Assembly: GCA_018716085.1 (NCBI GenBank)
Contig: DVKK01000057.1
Span: 14,570 to 78,569, forward strand
Direction: 5' to 3'
Origin: Candidatus Ornithoclostridium excrementipullorum
Lineage (GTDB): Bacteria > Bacillota > Clostridia > Christensenellales > UBA3700
Length of the DNA: 64,000 bases
Of this stretch, positions 12,001-16,375 are shown in pieces. A program made the position numbers and the translations under genes. Under the pieces are notes generated by a model. The model was not told the DNA's origin. It ran no database searches and saw only the letters and a program-made list of their open reading frames with translations. Numbering within the stretch: position 1 is the first letter of the stretch; the number at the start of each line of letters is the position of its first letter.

Positions 12001-13570
12001 TCCCGCGCGGGTGTTTGCCGTGACGGGCGCCGCCGACGAGAGCGGTTCCGCGGTGTTCTCCGAAACGGTCGGTACCCTTTACTTCGCGCCCACTGCGGCG
12101 GGCGGCAACCTGATCGCGGTCGATACGCTTTGGATAGCCGATATAACCACGTTGTCGGCGGAGGATTTCGACTGGACCGTTGCCGCGGGATACAAGGTGA
12201 CGGGAGAGAAAGTCGGGATACTGCCGATAGATCTCGACATATCCGCCGGACTCAAAGGTACGGATCAGTCTTACAATCACGCGCTTATCGCTCCTACGCC
12301 CGACGGGACCGTGGAGATAGGCATGACTTTCGAAACGGCGCAGAGCGTATACGGATTGGAGAGAGAGCTTTACGACGCGCTTATCGCCGAGGCGGCGGAC
12401 ATTTCCGTTCCCGCCGCGGGCGACCTGTTCGGGGCGCTGATCGAATCCGGCGACATAATATCCACCGCGGACGGCTATTTCGCAGCGGTAAAAGAGTATA
12501 AGAAGCTAACCGCGAGCGCGCAGACCGTCGACGCCGACGGCAACTTCCTCGTGAACGCGGGAGGACAGCTCACGCTCCGTTATTTCGAGGCGAGTATCGG
12601 CGCGGACGGCAGTACGACGTATCTGATATCCGATATCGACGATTGGCGGGCTCTGCAAAGCAATGAGAACGGCATCGCCGATTACAATACGCTCGACTAT
12701 CTTCTGACCGCGGATATCGATTTCGGGGGCACGGGCGCGATGCTGGCATGGACGAGCGCGGAAGGAGATATCGTCCACTTCGAAGGATCTCTCGACGGAG
12801 ACCGACACGTGCTGTCGGGCATCTTCGAGTTCAATGCGGGCGAGCGGGCGAGGTCGGCGCTCATAGAGAGCAATTACGGTATGGTAAAGGATCTTTCGGT
12901 AGTCAATTCCGTATTTGACGCTTACGGTACCGATTCCGCCGCCGCGGGCATAGCCGCGGACAATCACGGCACGATCGAAAACTGCACCTTCGAGGGCACC
13001 CTCGCGAGCGGCAATTCTCAGGCGACTTCCGCCGTGCTGGGCGGCATAGCCGCCAACAATTACGGAGTGATAATCGGAGGCGTATCCGTCGGCAGAGCGC
13101 ACGCCGAGACTTCCGCGGACGGCGCGGTATCCGCGGCGGGTGTGGCGGTCGGAGCGGCGGCAGGGGCGTCGGTAAGCGACAGCGTATCCGTACAGGTCCT
13201 CAACGTATACGGCGGCTCGAATGCGGAAGCGGGCGGCGCGGTCGTAGGAGAGGGCTCTTCGGACGGCAATGCGTTCCTTGCGGGACAGACGTTCATAAAC
13301 GGTACGGAGACCGCCGAGGCGGATACGTCGGGCGACGCCTCTTTGACATGGGACGGCGACGCGCGGTGCAAGGCGGTCATAGAGAACTATGTGTTCGACG
13401 AAACGCTGATATCCGTTTCTTCCGAGGGCAAACTCGTCACCGACAGCTTCCGCAAACTCATCGCGGCGATCCGTCTGTTCGGTTGGGTGGGCGCCGACGG
13501 AGTGACGGACACTTCCGTCGCGGCGTGGGGAAAATACGCCGCATGGCTGGCGGCGCATACGCTCCGATGA
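2..13570 (+). CDS. Giant surface/secreted repeat protein, 5'-truncated by the window edge (GLUG-like modules plus MBG-type YDGT repeats)
   Basis: The frame is open from nt 2 (no stop upstream of the track Met at 29) to TGA at 13568-13570, giving >4,513 aa. It has many GG[LI][IV]G / GGIAG strings and three GxGHTV/GDRHV module openers (nt ~1341, ~10196, ~12790). At least 13 'K-x-Y-D-G-T' repeats lie between nt ~3770 and ~11590. Composition is D/T/G/V/A-rich, unlike the Arg-rich antisense frames. Confidence 0.85.
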   Translation, partial: TGVSVTGSGMINRISVGGLIGMVSNEDNDTSIDGLAVEMKAYGFIDIDVSHNFAALGGIVGDLRGVMSGARFETEYLSRILINGTLSGGTAALGGLAGVINGATVGTSVVKGIGYMYNGVTTDSASASASLDLYSGGAVGLGANYAVDTSTAAATYRRINPSVIDSVYVDFEGYLRALAGTKVGIVTGRLFDGVTADAVAVNADAVRNVVWKVNYYGDVPWASSEYVDNVSTAFNERDNLAVFGYAPQTVDGYDAARAQMGMRLWVTNNRYSGETNNTISATWQSSGNLRITVDNITSAEDYEAFTAYFNGNAQSGEDGITRISTYHSLGSGDPVAATATVNVADRLASFASAGGMASAHGVYVIRFVFDEVLIYNQAELMTFISGGKNSVSKTTAGATNVSAYMFGLATTDARYSELANADYGVLAGDISVNYGATAVTMPAGKTLFGDGHTVTLTASGTVTAYQMWSNRSDVDDEDASIGILQEGETVRSYISGGENESDGSHFLNADLNAVTETDSRVGAGAGGLLMGRNLGTISSINFVLQNSVTISNSGYGALIAGGIVTAVNAGTIENCSLTLNEGVEFTVAREACSDEGRTNELGNDSEGQINTVVAAGGYAGMMFSDGGNSGLIRNSTLDIKTEAVIATSNEFSTFYWLGRRSSVISYAGGLVGWMLEGSEIYNVILSGEGDIRAWATLDTSSGIDWNEEFAFGIGGIIAGLNSPHNMFNPIAAQWAPDNHGYVNGVICNWNGNVEYSAMYTDGTFTDSGTIYYDVDRHNYSIGGQMIGVSESDALRNVYFMYGVENYSTYHRDNWYYGTTAAARATNAEFEGKYEYLVSQSLKLLELHPEWDAIYAPVATGGENVNPQLVPVALREDGEVVQGELFTFENYNNYTSADPEADGSIFGGVQHTVDNTWGFQVYATTLGSDGRPTSYTDILRTYYHKITEPSIYTSGDTKDEDRVGARTSGKMTTVEGDGVNAPTVYRIEDWSYQYTPNNIYLYEIPFGSNEEVELDMNDPDTVVSLSFETDEIDSDIRLEFELYTDEAQAEFIWSITEEWDYADGSSTSDTTNYYETVNSLEAAHRNNRFDRTMRRDNDGTDLTFIYTIGSAVAIAPDTNRYTGVVETDDEGDITELVYYDGQPQLYNAQALVPPTIYYVNYVTGEQIREATVNQSMFSYWRIPDGGSLDSAVSLGSSAPYDVGEYFIRLSFGGAGDDNLKVNLTDRTVMFGVDTDHYDFYTAIMPRGLTSTQISEIRKTYDGTADSTDLTNFTVSGLVGGDSLRILGTFEQADVGDDLDFTVDTSGVAYVRTVSGGKVTVNTIAVITSVTGDLTNYAYVRTALADPSQGVEVNLGRYYSPGAVARISGSGIIVPYEINRGGISFRLTNGDGELIDFTTNTNVEYRNGYFYDTSSFEGSVVPVGGTSLYMDENGAITEGLFADGDSLQFSFTFGGAESVTDKGDYSVGVSMTSANGNYVLTGSGSIGMLHILAIILDNTAYFNYVMDDIERVYDGTDGLPDFGGTMIVTDKNGHTLSAGSDYTIVLGYSSVEAPVDVGQYELRVNIVSFDGKGNYELDDDIDYRFIPENGGRAAYLFVTPREVVFDSVIKQFDNTGEADPSYTVYNYADGAGPLEAGTEFSGSFPMQSGTAGYSTVGSGKQFAFDTETLTFEDINGARRSYNTLEVAGDASNRNYCVESVTSDIGGITPIEVELTSATKIYDNRTAIDYTAEGTQVIIVRTDNGAQVDIEPSASFDSPRTGSSKTVSFDTVATSVYGETYATLVNSAYSDVTATSGWNYSGNYCVAEDRFMSVGQIVQYTIEWEHIGSIFEVIQILDGREGDSIGFSRSGSASGTLVYMNGYTVEGVLRDGTVGGWPDEDPVQELIEFAIETDAAVLGYAGDYTIVLSIVSPDGLSEPDYVWGDFNNKNSDGDIEFTFEVERQTINASASASASPESSVWSGTASSLSFTASVTDNNGVTLDLSAAEGALVNGTLGGSYENGSVLPIGDYSSTVEVGLVGDDALNYVYGGADPVAEFSVLPAQLSVYSVEKEYDDTTSLTTAGNEAQITASVPDGEVDFDAQYVSALPQTSGGVRFAAASYVIGGTRYYVFVGSDGETSNYAAQNVSSANDDSVVINVGVIEKYVITQSELRAYIYGWMRGQTEKQRTEITDGDTHFEYRDNGVYSADEVEFELTLRYGLTATISSRPAVNDGAGSVLDFAVTITGVGADVSEGAGRVLGVGEYDIEISLDNACFALAEGVVSAGGFTVDKQSVSGGSEGEGGYFGGNVLITADAFSYAYGESGFNTPAVTDPKVVLTVTVYDTYSGARYVYSKEVVGQLLYGDAQTDTLTGEVLVGEYKVWATQFADSLENYIIDTQTVLPVFVTGTVLPDGADVGDDGVPVGAEHSAIYAVIPAEAAISSVTKIYDGTVSFDGATIATLPAGLESAVQGRFVSPDATHGSDGTETGEGSRNAYISVYDLTLQGVTYRMLAQSGTAANYCVIGEYSAGEVLVTGVASIYKLSITDLGMLSLTAQPFGREYDGTSSMVVLPEMTLTVTVGENVISVPFTPDAAALVLSLDGEEVAEAVRVGAYGVAVLPDGLGNFEIPEGLGNVPVNGGAAAYYIEPKAVTLDELAKTYDGTPDVTDQTVIVLTGLLDGETASFAIAFSDAAVGLNKSVTVAVTAFEGADGTVFDRIVSTDGAGSDYCIVGGVSDGTQAVLQGSGYTISPAALEATGSAIKTYDGTADITSAASQVFSGFVSGETVQPDWNYDGKDSGTRDVLVRVDTSVVYNVGEAAYYALYTAGEEGWIPGNYGIEFTGDNIVEEEVQIVGEDGETTTVVYYYALFSGAGRIDPYAISGFTQVLVDGRDISVPREYDRTSSYSLSDVRPSFLVDGVTVTAAYSAGRMSAVTPFGDTLQFNASFSPSSVRDAGSYVLSISLVANANYTMTAYTGGFVIEPKELDGLFVVVPDIMKEYDGTPDLPQTDTSLWEVYGVDGGVTIALSGSVTFGENGGIAFVDADGDEYLPVNVVLADDGTLGGYVFELRDVVFTHNNYIWDSGVVTDIPSSYSVEDGAKGDRSLYIIEPKTIIVSADSFSDKTFDGAFSLRVNDSGIQGEYVSIGDLGGLNASLGGVYGPASIIPYVSGVTFDKTALNPDTTADNYRVVCADGAQALELTGFTVSTGSVFTAERSAGGYRLGFGKLAGFDFLFAAKGMTAENRAAITAGLAGTLATGEPWSETTYDAAGAFAALNEALASLFDIRLNNSADALALDGEYFFNDFLWSEQTDGMGRKYYALTFSFTGAAGYDRDFATDRYSFTLKGKTPDVEGAQYIASTNTSLTSSELGEGQLSAENSQTGVAISDAEGLLDLLRSGGEGHLTADIYGFDPAGEEISFAGTLYGNGHTVQLAPSELAGVSAGGYKVYGMLAAVNSGTIRDLTVKVLADGEMILDEGSVFGAVGYNSGTIENVGVEIVAPLRVSGAAYVGGIVGYNAAGGTISSSGVTVSADVYLTDGEGAVSGVFGGIAGLAAGTLERVSVRTTEDLYLAGAGGADGRTPVTITVSAAGGGGVIGSGSGAVADGVIAATTRLDGVNGVLGSGSAAVSGVYAYSAEGLGIDGEILDSTELTILAPYTDGFISYRFTDRSDYETDGAKHNEIGSSEERNMSLYRIYDDSDGEKIAIEAIAPAGRFVWEGYGLSYRSELIDGNVGTSANRIVAVFAVGASVAQQYEGTDAFTGGVDAYTAAFGIIGSTVVAGTASGVKETVYNGEIQTYTVTLTVTEPDGSTREEQLSVQGTDAGYYSRSSVEGVISGDSDTYGDVTFDIDNRTAVTVVGGEGTVSDGIALIIYPKAADDRSAVKYYDTTDAATLTLTGAGDTDTVSGGRYLDAQGAYAHDVDTAVAAAFVNADTAVRNVIADAEGRFYTLVASVEGDGQQTRVVYKLQPAEIETEDGTAPFGLDTDLTAYSAAQIMRAYAKLTDWAELENAAAQPGSDIDIGAYVPARVFAVTGAADESGSAVFSETVGTLYFAPTAAGGNLIAVDTLWIADITTLSAEDFDWTVAAGYKVTGEKVGILPIDLDISAGLKGTDQSYNHALIAPTPDGTVEIGMTFETAQSVYGLERELYDALIAEAADISVPAAGDLFGALIESGDIISTADGYFAAVKEYKKLTASAQTVDADGNFLVNAGGQLTLRYFEASIGADGSTTYLISDIDDWRALQSNENGIADYNTLDYLLTADIDFGGTGAMLAWTSAEGDIVHFEGSLDGDRHVLSGIFEFNAGERARSALIESNYGMVKDLSVVNSVFDAYGTDSAAAGIAADNHGTIENCTFEGTLASGNSQATSAVLGGIAANNYGVIIGGVSVGRAHAETSADGAVSAAGVAVGAAAGASVSDSVSVQVLNVYGGSNAEAGGAVVGEGSSDGNAFLAGQTFINGTETAEADTSGDASLTWDGDARCKAVIENYVFDETLISVSSEGKLVTDSFRKLIAAIRLFGWVGADGVTDTSVAAWGKYAAWLAAHTLR

Positions 13571-13625
13571 GCCCCCCGAAACGCGTCTGTGCGGACAAAA
13601 ACCGCGTTTTTGGTGCGAAAAACGC

Positions 13626-13654
13626 TTTACATCCGTCCGACCGTGTGATATATT
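13626..13654 (+). promoter_or_regulatory. Putative sigma-70 type promoter of rpsF-ssb-rpsR
   Basis: TTTACA (13626-13631), 17-nt spacer, TATATT (13649-13654). Confidence 0.45.
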
Positions 13655-13660
13655 AATTAG

Positions 13661-13730
13661 GCGATTTGAATGTATTTCGATCCTTGCTCCGTCCCGAGAG
13701 GCGGAGACACCAGACCAAAAGGAGGTTTTT
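13661..13730 (+). promoter_or_regulatory. rpsF 5' leader with hairpin (possible S6:S18 autoregulatory leader)
   Basis: Hairpin CTCCG-tcccgagagg-CGGAG at 13687-13706, just upstream of the GGAGG RBS. S6:S18-binding leaders are known upstream of rpsF, but I cannot verify a motif match by eye. Confidence 0.3.
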
Positions 13731-14012
13731 ATGAACAAGTACGAGCTTTTGTACATCATCGACAACGATCTGTCCGAAGAGGCGAAGCAGGCTGTCATCG
13801 ACAGGCTGAGCGCGGTCGTCACTTCCGCCGGCGGCGAAGTGGTCTCGCTCGACAAGTGGGGCACCCGCAAGTACGCTTACACGATAGACTTCAAGTCCGA
13901 AGGATACTATGTGTTGATGACGTTCACCGCTCCTGCGACCGTTCCCGCCGAGCTCACCAGGCTCAGCCGCATCATGGACGAGATCGTCAGGATCATGATC
14001 ATCAGAAAGTGA
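13731..14012 (+). CDS. rpsF: 30S ribosomal protein S6
   Basis: 93 aa beginning MNKYELLYII...KWGTRKYAYTI, typical of S6. GGAGG RBS. Sits in the rpsF-ssb-rpsR gene order. Confidence 0.95.
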   Translation: MNKYELLYIIDNDLSEEAKQAVIDRLSAVVTSAGGEVVSLDKWGTRKYAYTIDFKSEGYYVLMTFTAPATVPAELTRLSRIMDEIVRIMIIRK

Positions 14013-14019
14013 GGCGGAT

Positions 14020-14421
14020 ATGAACAAGATCATTCTGATTGGCAACCTTACCCGCGATCCCGAGAGCAATACCACCGCCAGCGGCGTAGCGTATTGCAGG
14101 TTTGCGATAGCGGTCAACCGCCGTTTCAGCAGGGACAACGAAGTCGATTACTTCAACGTCGTTGCGTGGAGAGGAGTTGCCGAATCCTGCGCCAAGGTCC
14201 TCACGAAGGGCAGAAAGGTGTGCGTGGTCGGCAGTTTGCAGACCCGTTCCTACGACGCGCAGGACGGAAGCAAGCGTACGGCGATCGAAGTCGTCGCCGA
14301 CGAAGTCGAGTTTTTGGGTTCGCCCATGAGGGAAGACGGAGCGGCAGCTCCCCAGTCCCGCAGGGAAGAAGCTCCCAAGCTCGAAAGGGTGGATACCTCC
14401 GAAGAGGATCTGCCGTTCTGA
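14020..14421 (+). CDS. ssb: Single-stranded DNA-binding protein
   Basis: MNKIILIGNLTRDPE OB-fold N-terminus and an acidic C-terminal tip ending EEDLPF. Confidence 0.95.
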   Translation: MNKIILIGNLTRDPESNTTASGVAYCRFAIAVNRRFSRDNEVDYFNVVAWRGVAESCAKVLTKGRKVCVVGSLQTRSYDAQDGSKRTAIEVVADEVEFLGSPMREDGAAAPQSRREEAPKLERVDTSEEDLPF

Positions 14422-14443
14422 TTACTTAAAGGAGATATAGAAA

Positions 14444-14695
14444 ATGAGCGAAGAAAAAACCGCGGTCAAAAGACCCGTCAAGAGAGTTCCGCGCAAGAAG
14501 GTCTGCAACTTCTGCGTAGACAAGGCAGAGGAGATCGACTACAAGGACGTAGCCAAACTCCGCAAGTTCATCACCGAAAAGGCCAAGATCATCCCCAAGC
14601 GCATGAGCGGCGTTTGCGCGAAGCATCAAAGACTGCTTGCGCAGGCGATCAAGAGAGCGAGATACATGGGGCTTCTTCCCTACGTAGCCGACTGA
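14444..14695 (+). CDS. rpsR: 30S ribosomal protein S18
   Basis: 83 aa containing CNFC...[26 protein letters not shown]...[20 protein letters not shown]. Confidence 0.95.
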   Translation: MSEEKTAVKRPVKRVPRKKVCNFCVDKAEEIDYKDVAKLRKFITEKAKIIPKRMSGVCAKHQRLLAQAIKRARYMGLLPYVAD

Positions 14696-14713
14696 GGCGA
14701 CTTACAGACGACG

Positions 14714-14747
14714 TGCGGCGACCGCGATACGGTCGCCGCTGTTTTTT
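14714..14747 (+). terminator. Intrinsic terminator of the rpsF operon
   Basis: GCGGCGACC-gcgatac-GGTCGCCGC stem-loop followed by TGTTTTTTATT. Confidence 0.8.
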
Positions 14748-14849
14748 ATTCGAAAGGCGTTTTTTCTCGCTCCACGGCATGGCAGAACGTGGTCGCCCGT
14801 TAAAAAACGAAGCAAAACGGAAATGTCGAAAAATCGTTGAGGGCAGCGC

Positions 14850-14879
14850 TTGACAGGCGGCGCGGCGTTGTGTAATAAT
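14850..14879 (+). promoter_or_regulatory. Orphan strong promoter (no downstream + strand CDS)
   Basis: TTGACA (14850-14855), 18-nt spacer, then an extended -10 TGtAATAAT (14871-14879). Confidence 0.4.
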
Positions 14880-14885
14880 AAAATT

Positions 14886-15008
14886 ACCGTTTTGTTATAT
14901 GGCGTTTTCTTATATGAACGTTGCGTATCGCGTCGGGACAAAGTTTGGCGGGACGGCAACGTCCCGCTCTCTCTGCAGAAGCGCGCTCCTTCGGGGGCGC
15001 GCGTTTTT
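14886..15008 (+). ncRNA. Candidate small RNA (~120 nt) between the orphan promoter and an intrinsic terminator
   Basis: Tandem CGTTTT[G/C]TTATATG repeats at 14888-14916. An 8-bp hairpin with GCAA loop at 14948-14967. Terminator GCGCGCTCC-ttcg-GGGGCGCGC plus TTTTT at 14981-15008. No RBS-preceded ORF. Confidence 0.3.
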
Positions 15009-15022
15009 ATCCCGTACGCGTT

Positions 15023-15586
15023 TTACCGCATATGAGGCGGATCTTCGCTTTTTCCTACGCGTATTTTCAGCGCTTTGCCCGACAGTTCGCACAGCGGTTT
15101 GAAGAGCAGGGGAAACACTATCGCGTTGCAGACGGTCTGAATGACGTAAAACACCGCTCCGCGGGCGTAATAGATCGCGAACCTCGCTCCGAAGTCGTCC
15201 CAGAATCCGCTGAAAAGTCCCACGTCCGTCAGAGAAGTGAGCACCCCGAACCATATCGTCATGACGACGGCGACGACAGTCGGGATCAGCCGCGAAGGTC
15301 GGATGAATTTTGAGAGAAAGAAAAACGCGAACGCCACGGACGGCCAATGTATATAATAAGATATTACCCACGTGCCGAATCCGTAAATGAGCGTTTCGCA
15401 GGTGACGAAAACGTAGACGGCGAATATTCCCGGAAGCCCCAGTACAAATCCGTAGACCGCGCTGAGAAGCGTGACTATTTCCACGTTGGGAACAGCCGAA
15501 AGCACGAACTTGCCCGCAGTAAGCGTTGCGGCGGCAAGTCCGGTGATCGCTATCGAGCGTGCTCCTTTTAACGCGGCTCCGCGCAT
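15023..15586 (-). CDS. ECF-type S-component-like membrane protein (putative corrinoid-specific)
   Basis: 187 aa with about 6 hydrophobic helices; N-terminal region IAITGLAAATLTAGKFVLSAVPNVEIVTLL resembles ECF S-components. Its ATG overlaps the upstream stop (ATGA). The gene lies under a cobalamin riboswitch. Confidence 0.55.
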   Translation of the reverse strand: MRGAALKGARSIAITGLAAATLTAGKFVLSAVPNVEIVTLLSAVYGFVLGLPGIFAVYVFVTCETLIYGFGTWVISYYIHWPSVAFAFFFLSKFIRPSRLIPTVVAVVMTIWFGVLTSLTDVGLFSGFWDDFGARFAIYYARGAVFYVIQTVCNAIVFPLLFKPLCELSGKALKIRVGKSEDPPHMR

Positions 15587-16050
15587 CAGTAGGTTATCGT
15601 TCCTATATAGATCGTGCAGCCGTCCTCGATAGTCATATCGAGAGCGCCTTTGCCCGAATTGTAAAGGGTCTTGCCGCCGTATTCCGTCGTCGTACCGTAT
15701 TGGGAAACGTCCTTATCGGCTTCTACCGAAGTGTAAAGATAGATGTACGTAGGCGCCTGAGGAGAGAGCGTCCCGACGGCATTGAGGAACGTCCCGTCCA
15801 ATTCGTAAGACACTCCGCATTTTTCGAGAACGTCGATGAGGTCCGAGTCTTTGTCCATTCCCGAAATATCTACCGTTATCTCGCGCACCGGATCTTCGGC
15901 GATAGCCAGAGTAATCGCCGCGCCTTGGGCGAAAACGTCGGAGTCGGAGCCGTCCGGATCCGTACAGGCAGTAAGTCCGAATACCGCGGCCGCCGCTATC
16001 GTTATCAGCAACAGGAGCGCGGCTGCGCGCTTAGATGCAAAAGTTTTCAT
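15586..16050 (-). CDS. Lipoprotein, DUF4430 (transcobalamin-like) type
   Basis: I place the start at MKTFASKRAAALLLLITIAAAAVFGLTAC (ATG at 16048-16050, GGAGG RBS), with a lipobox Cys. The short beta-rich C-terminal domain has a pattern I associate with DUF4430. The track ORF extends further 5' without an RBS. Confidence 0.6.
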   Translation of the reverse strand: MKTFASKRAAALLLLITIAAAAVFGLTACTDPDGSDSDVFAQGAAITLAIAEDPVREITVDISGMDKDSDLIDVLEKCGVSYELDGTFLNAVGTLSPQAPTYIYLYTSVEADKDVSQYGTTTEYGGKTLYNSGKGALDMTIEDGCTIYIGTITY

Positions 16051-16099
16051 TTTTATACCTCCGTGATGGTTATTTGCGTTTTTACAGACGAAGACAACA

Positions 16100-16325
16100 A
16101 ATAAGCCTTCCGCGGAGGAAGGCAAAAAAGACGCGCGCATACAAGCGCTTCGGTCTTGTCTTTCATTGCCCAAAGACTGTTTCCGATAAGCTGCGGGGCA
16201 GGTCTTCCGACTTACGACAGATACGTCTATCGATTACGGTAATGGCTGTTGCGACGGATTTTCACCGAGATTCCCACTGTTGACGGTTTGCCTTGCGGCT
16301 CCCGAACCGGGCAGCGTTATTCAGT
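16100..16325 (-). promoter_or_regulatory. Cobalamin (B12) riboswitch
   Basis: The minus strand reads ...CAGTGGGAATCTCGGTGAAAATCC...GCAACAGCC... followed by the B12-box-like AGTCGGAAGACCTGCC (plus-strand 16197-16212). A hairpin plus T-run expression platform lies before the lipoprotein RBS. Confidence 0.75.
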
Positions 16326-16333
16326 TCGTATAT

Positions 16334-16362
16334 ATGATACTTTTCCGCGCCGCGTTTGTCAA
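16334..16362 (-). promoter_or_regulatory. Promoter of the B12-riboswitch unit
   Basis: On the minus strand: TTGACA (16357-16362), 17 nt, TATCAT (16334-16339), immediately after the metH stop. Confidence 0.5.
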
Positions 16363-16375
16363 GCGGCGGAGCGCG

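Noticed and set aside
14899-15102. A 67-aa ORF within the first orphan promoter-terminator unit.
   Set aside because: It has no RBS and an Arg/Ser/Leu-rich composition. It reads through the intrinsic terminator and into the convergent S-component gene.
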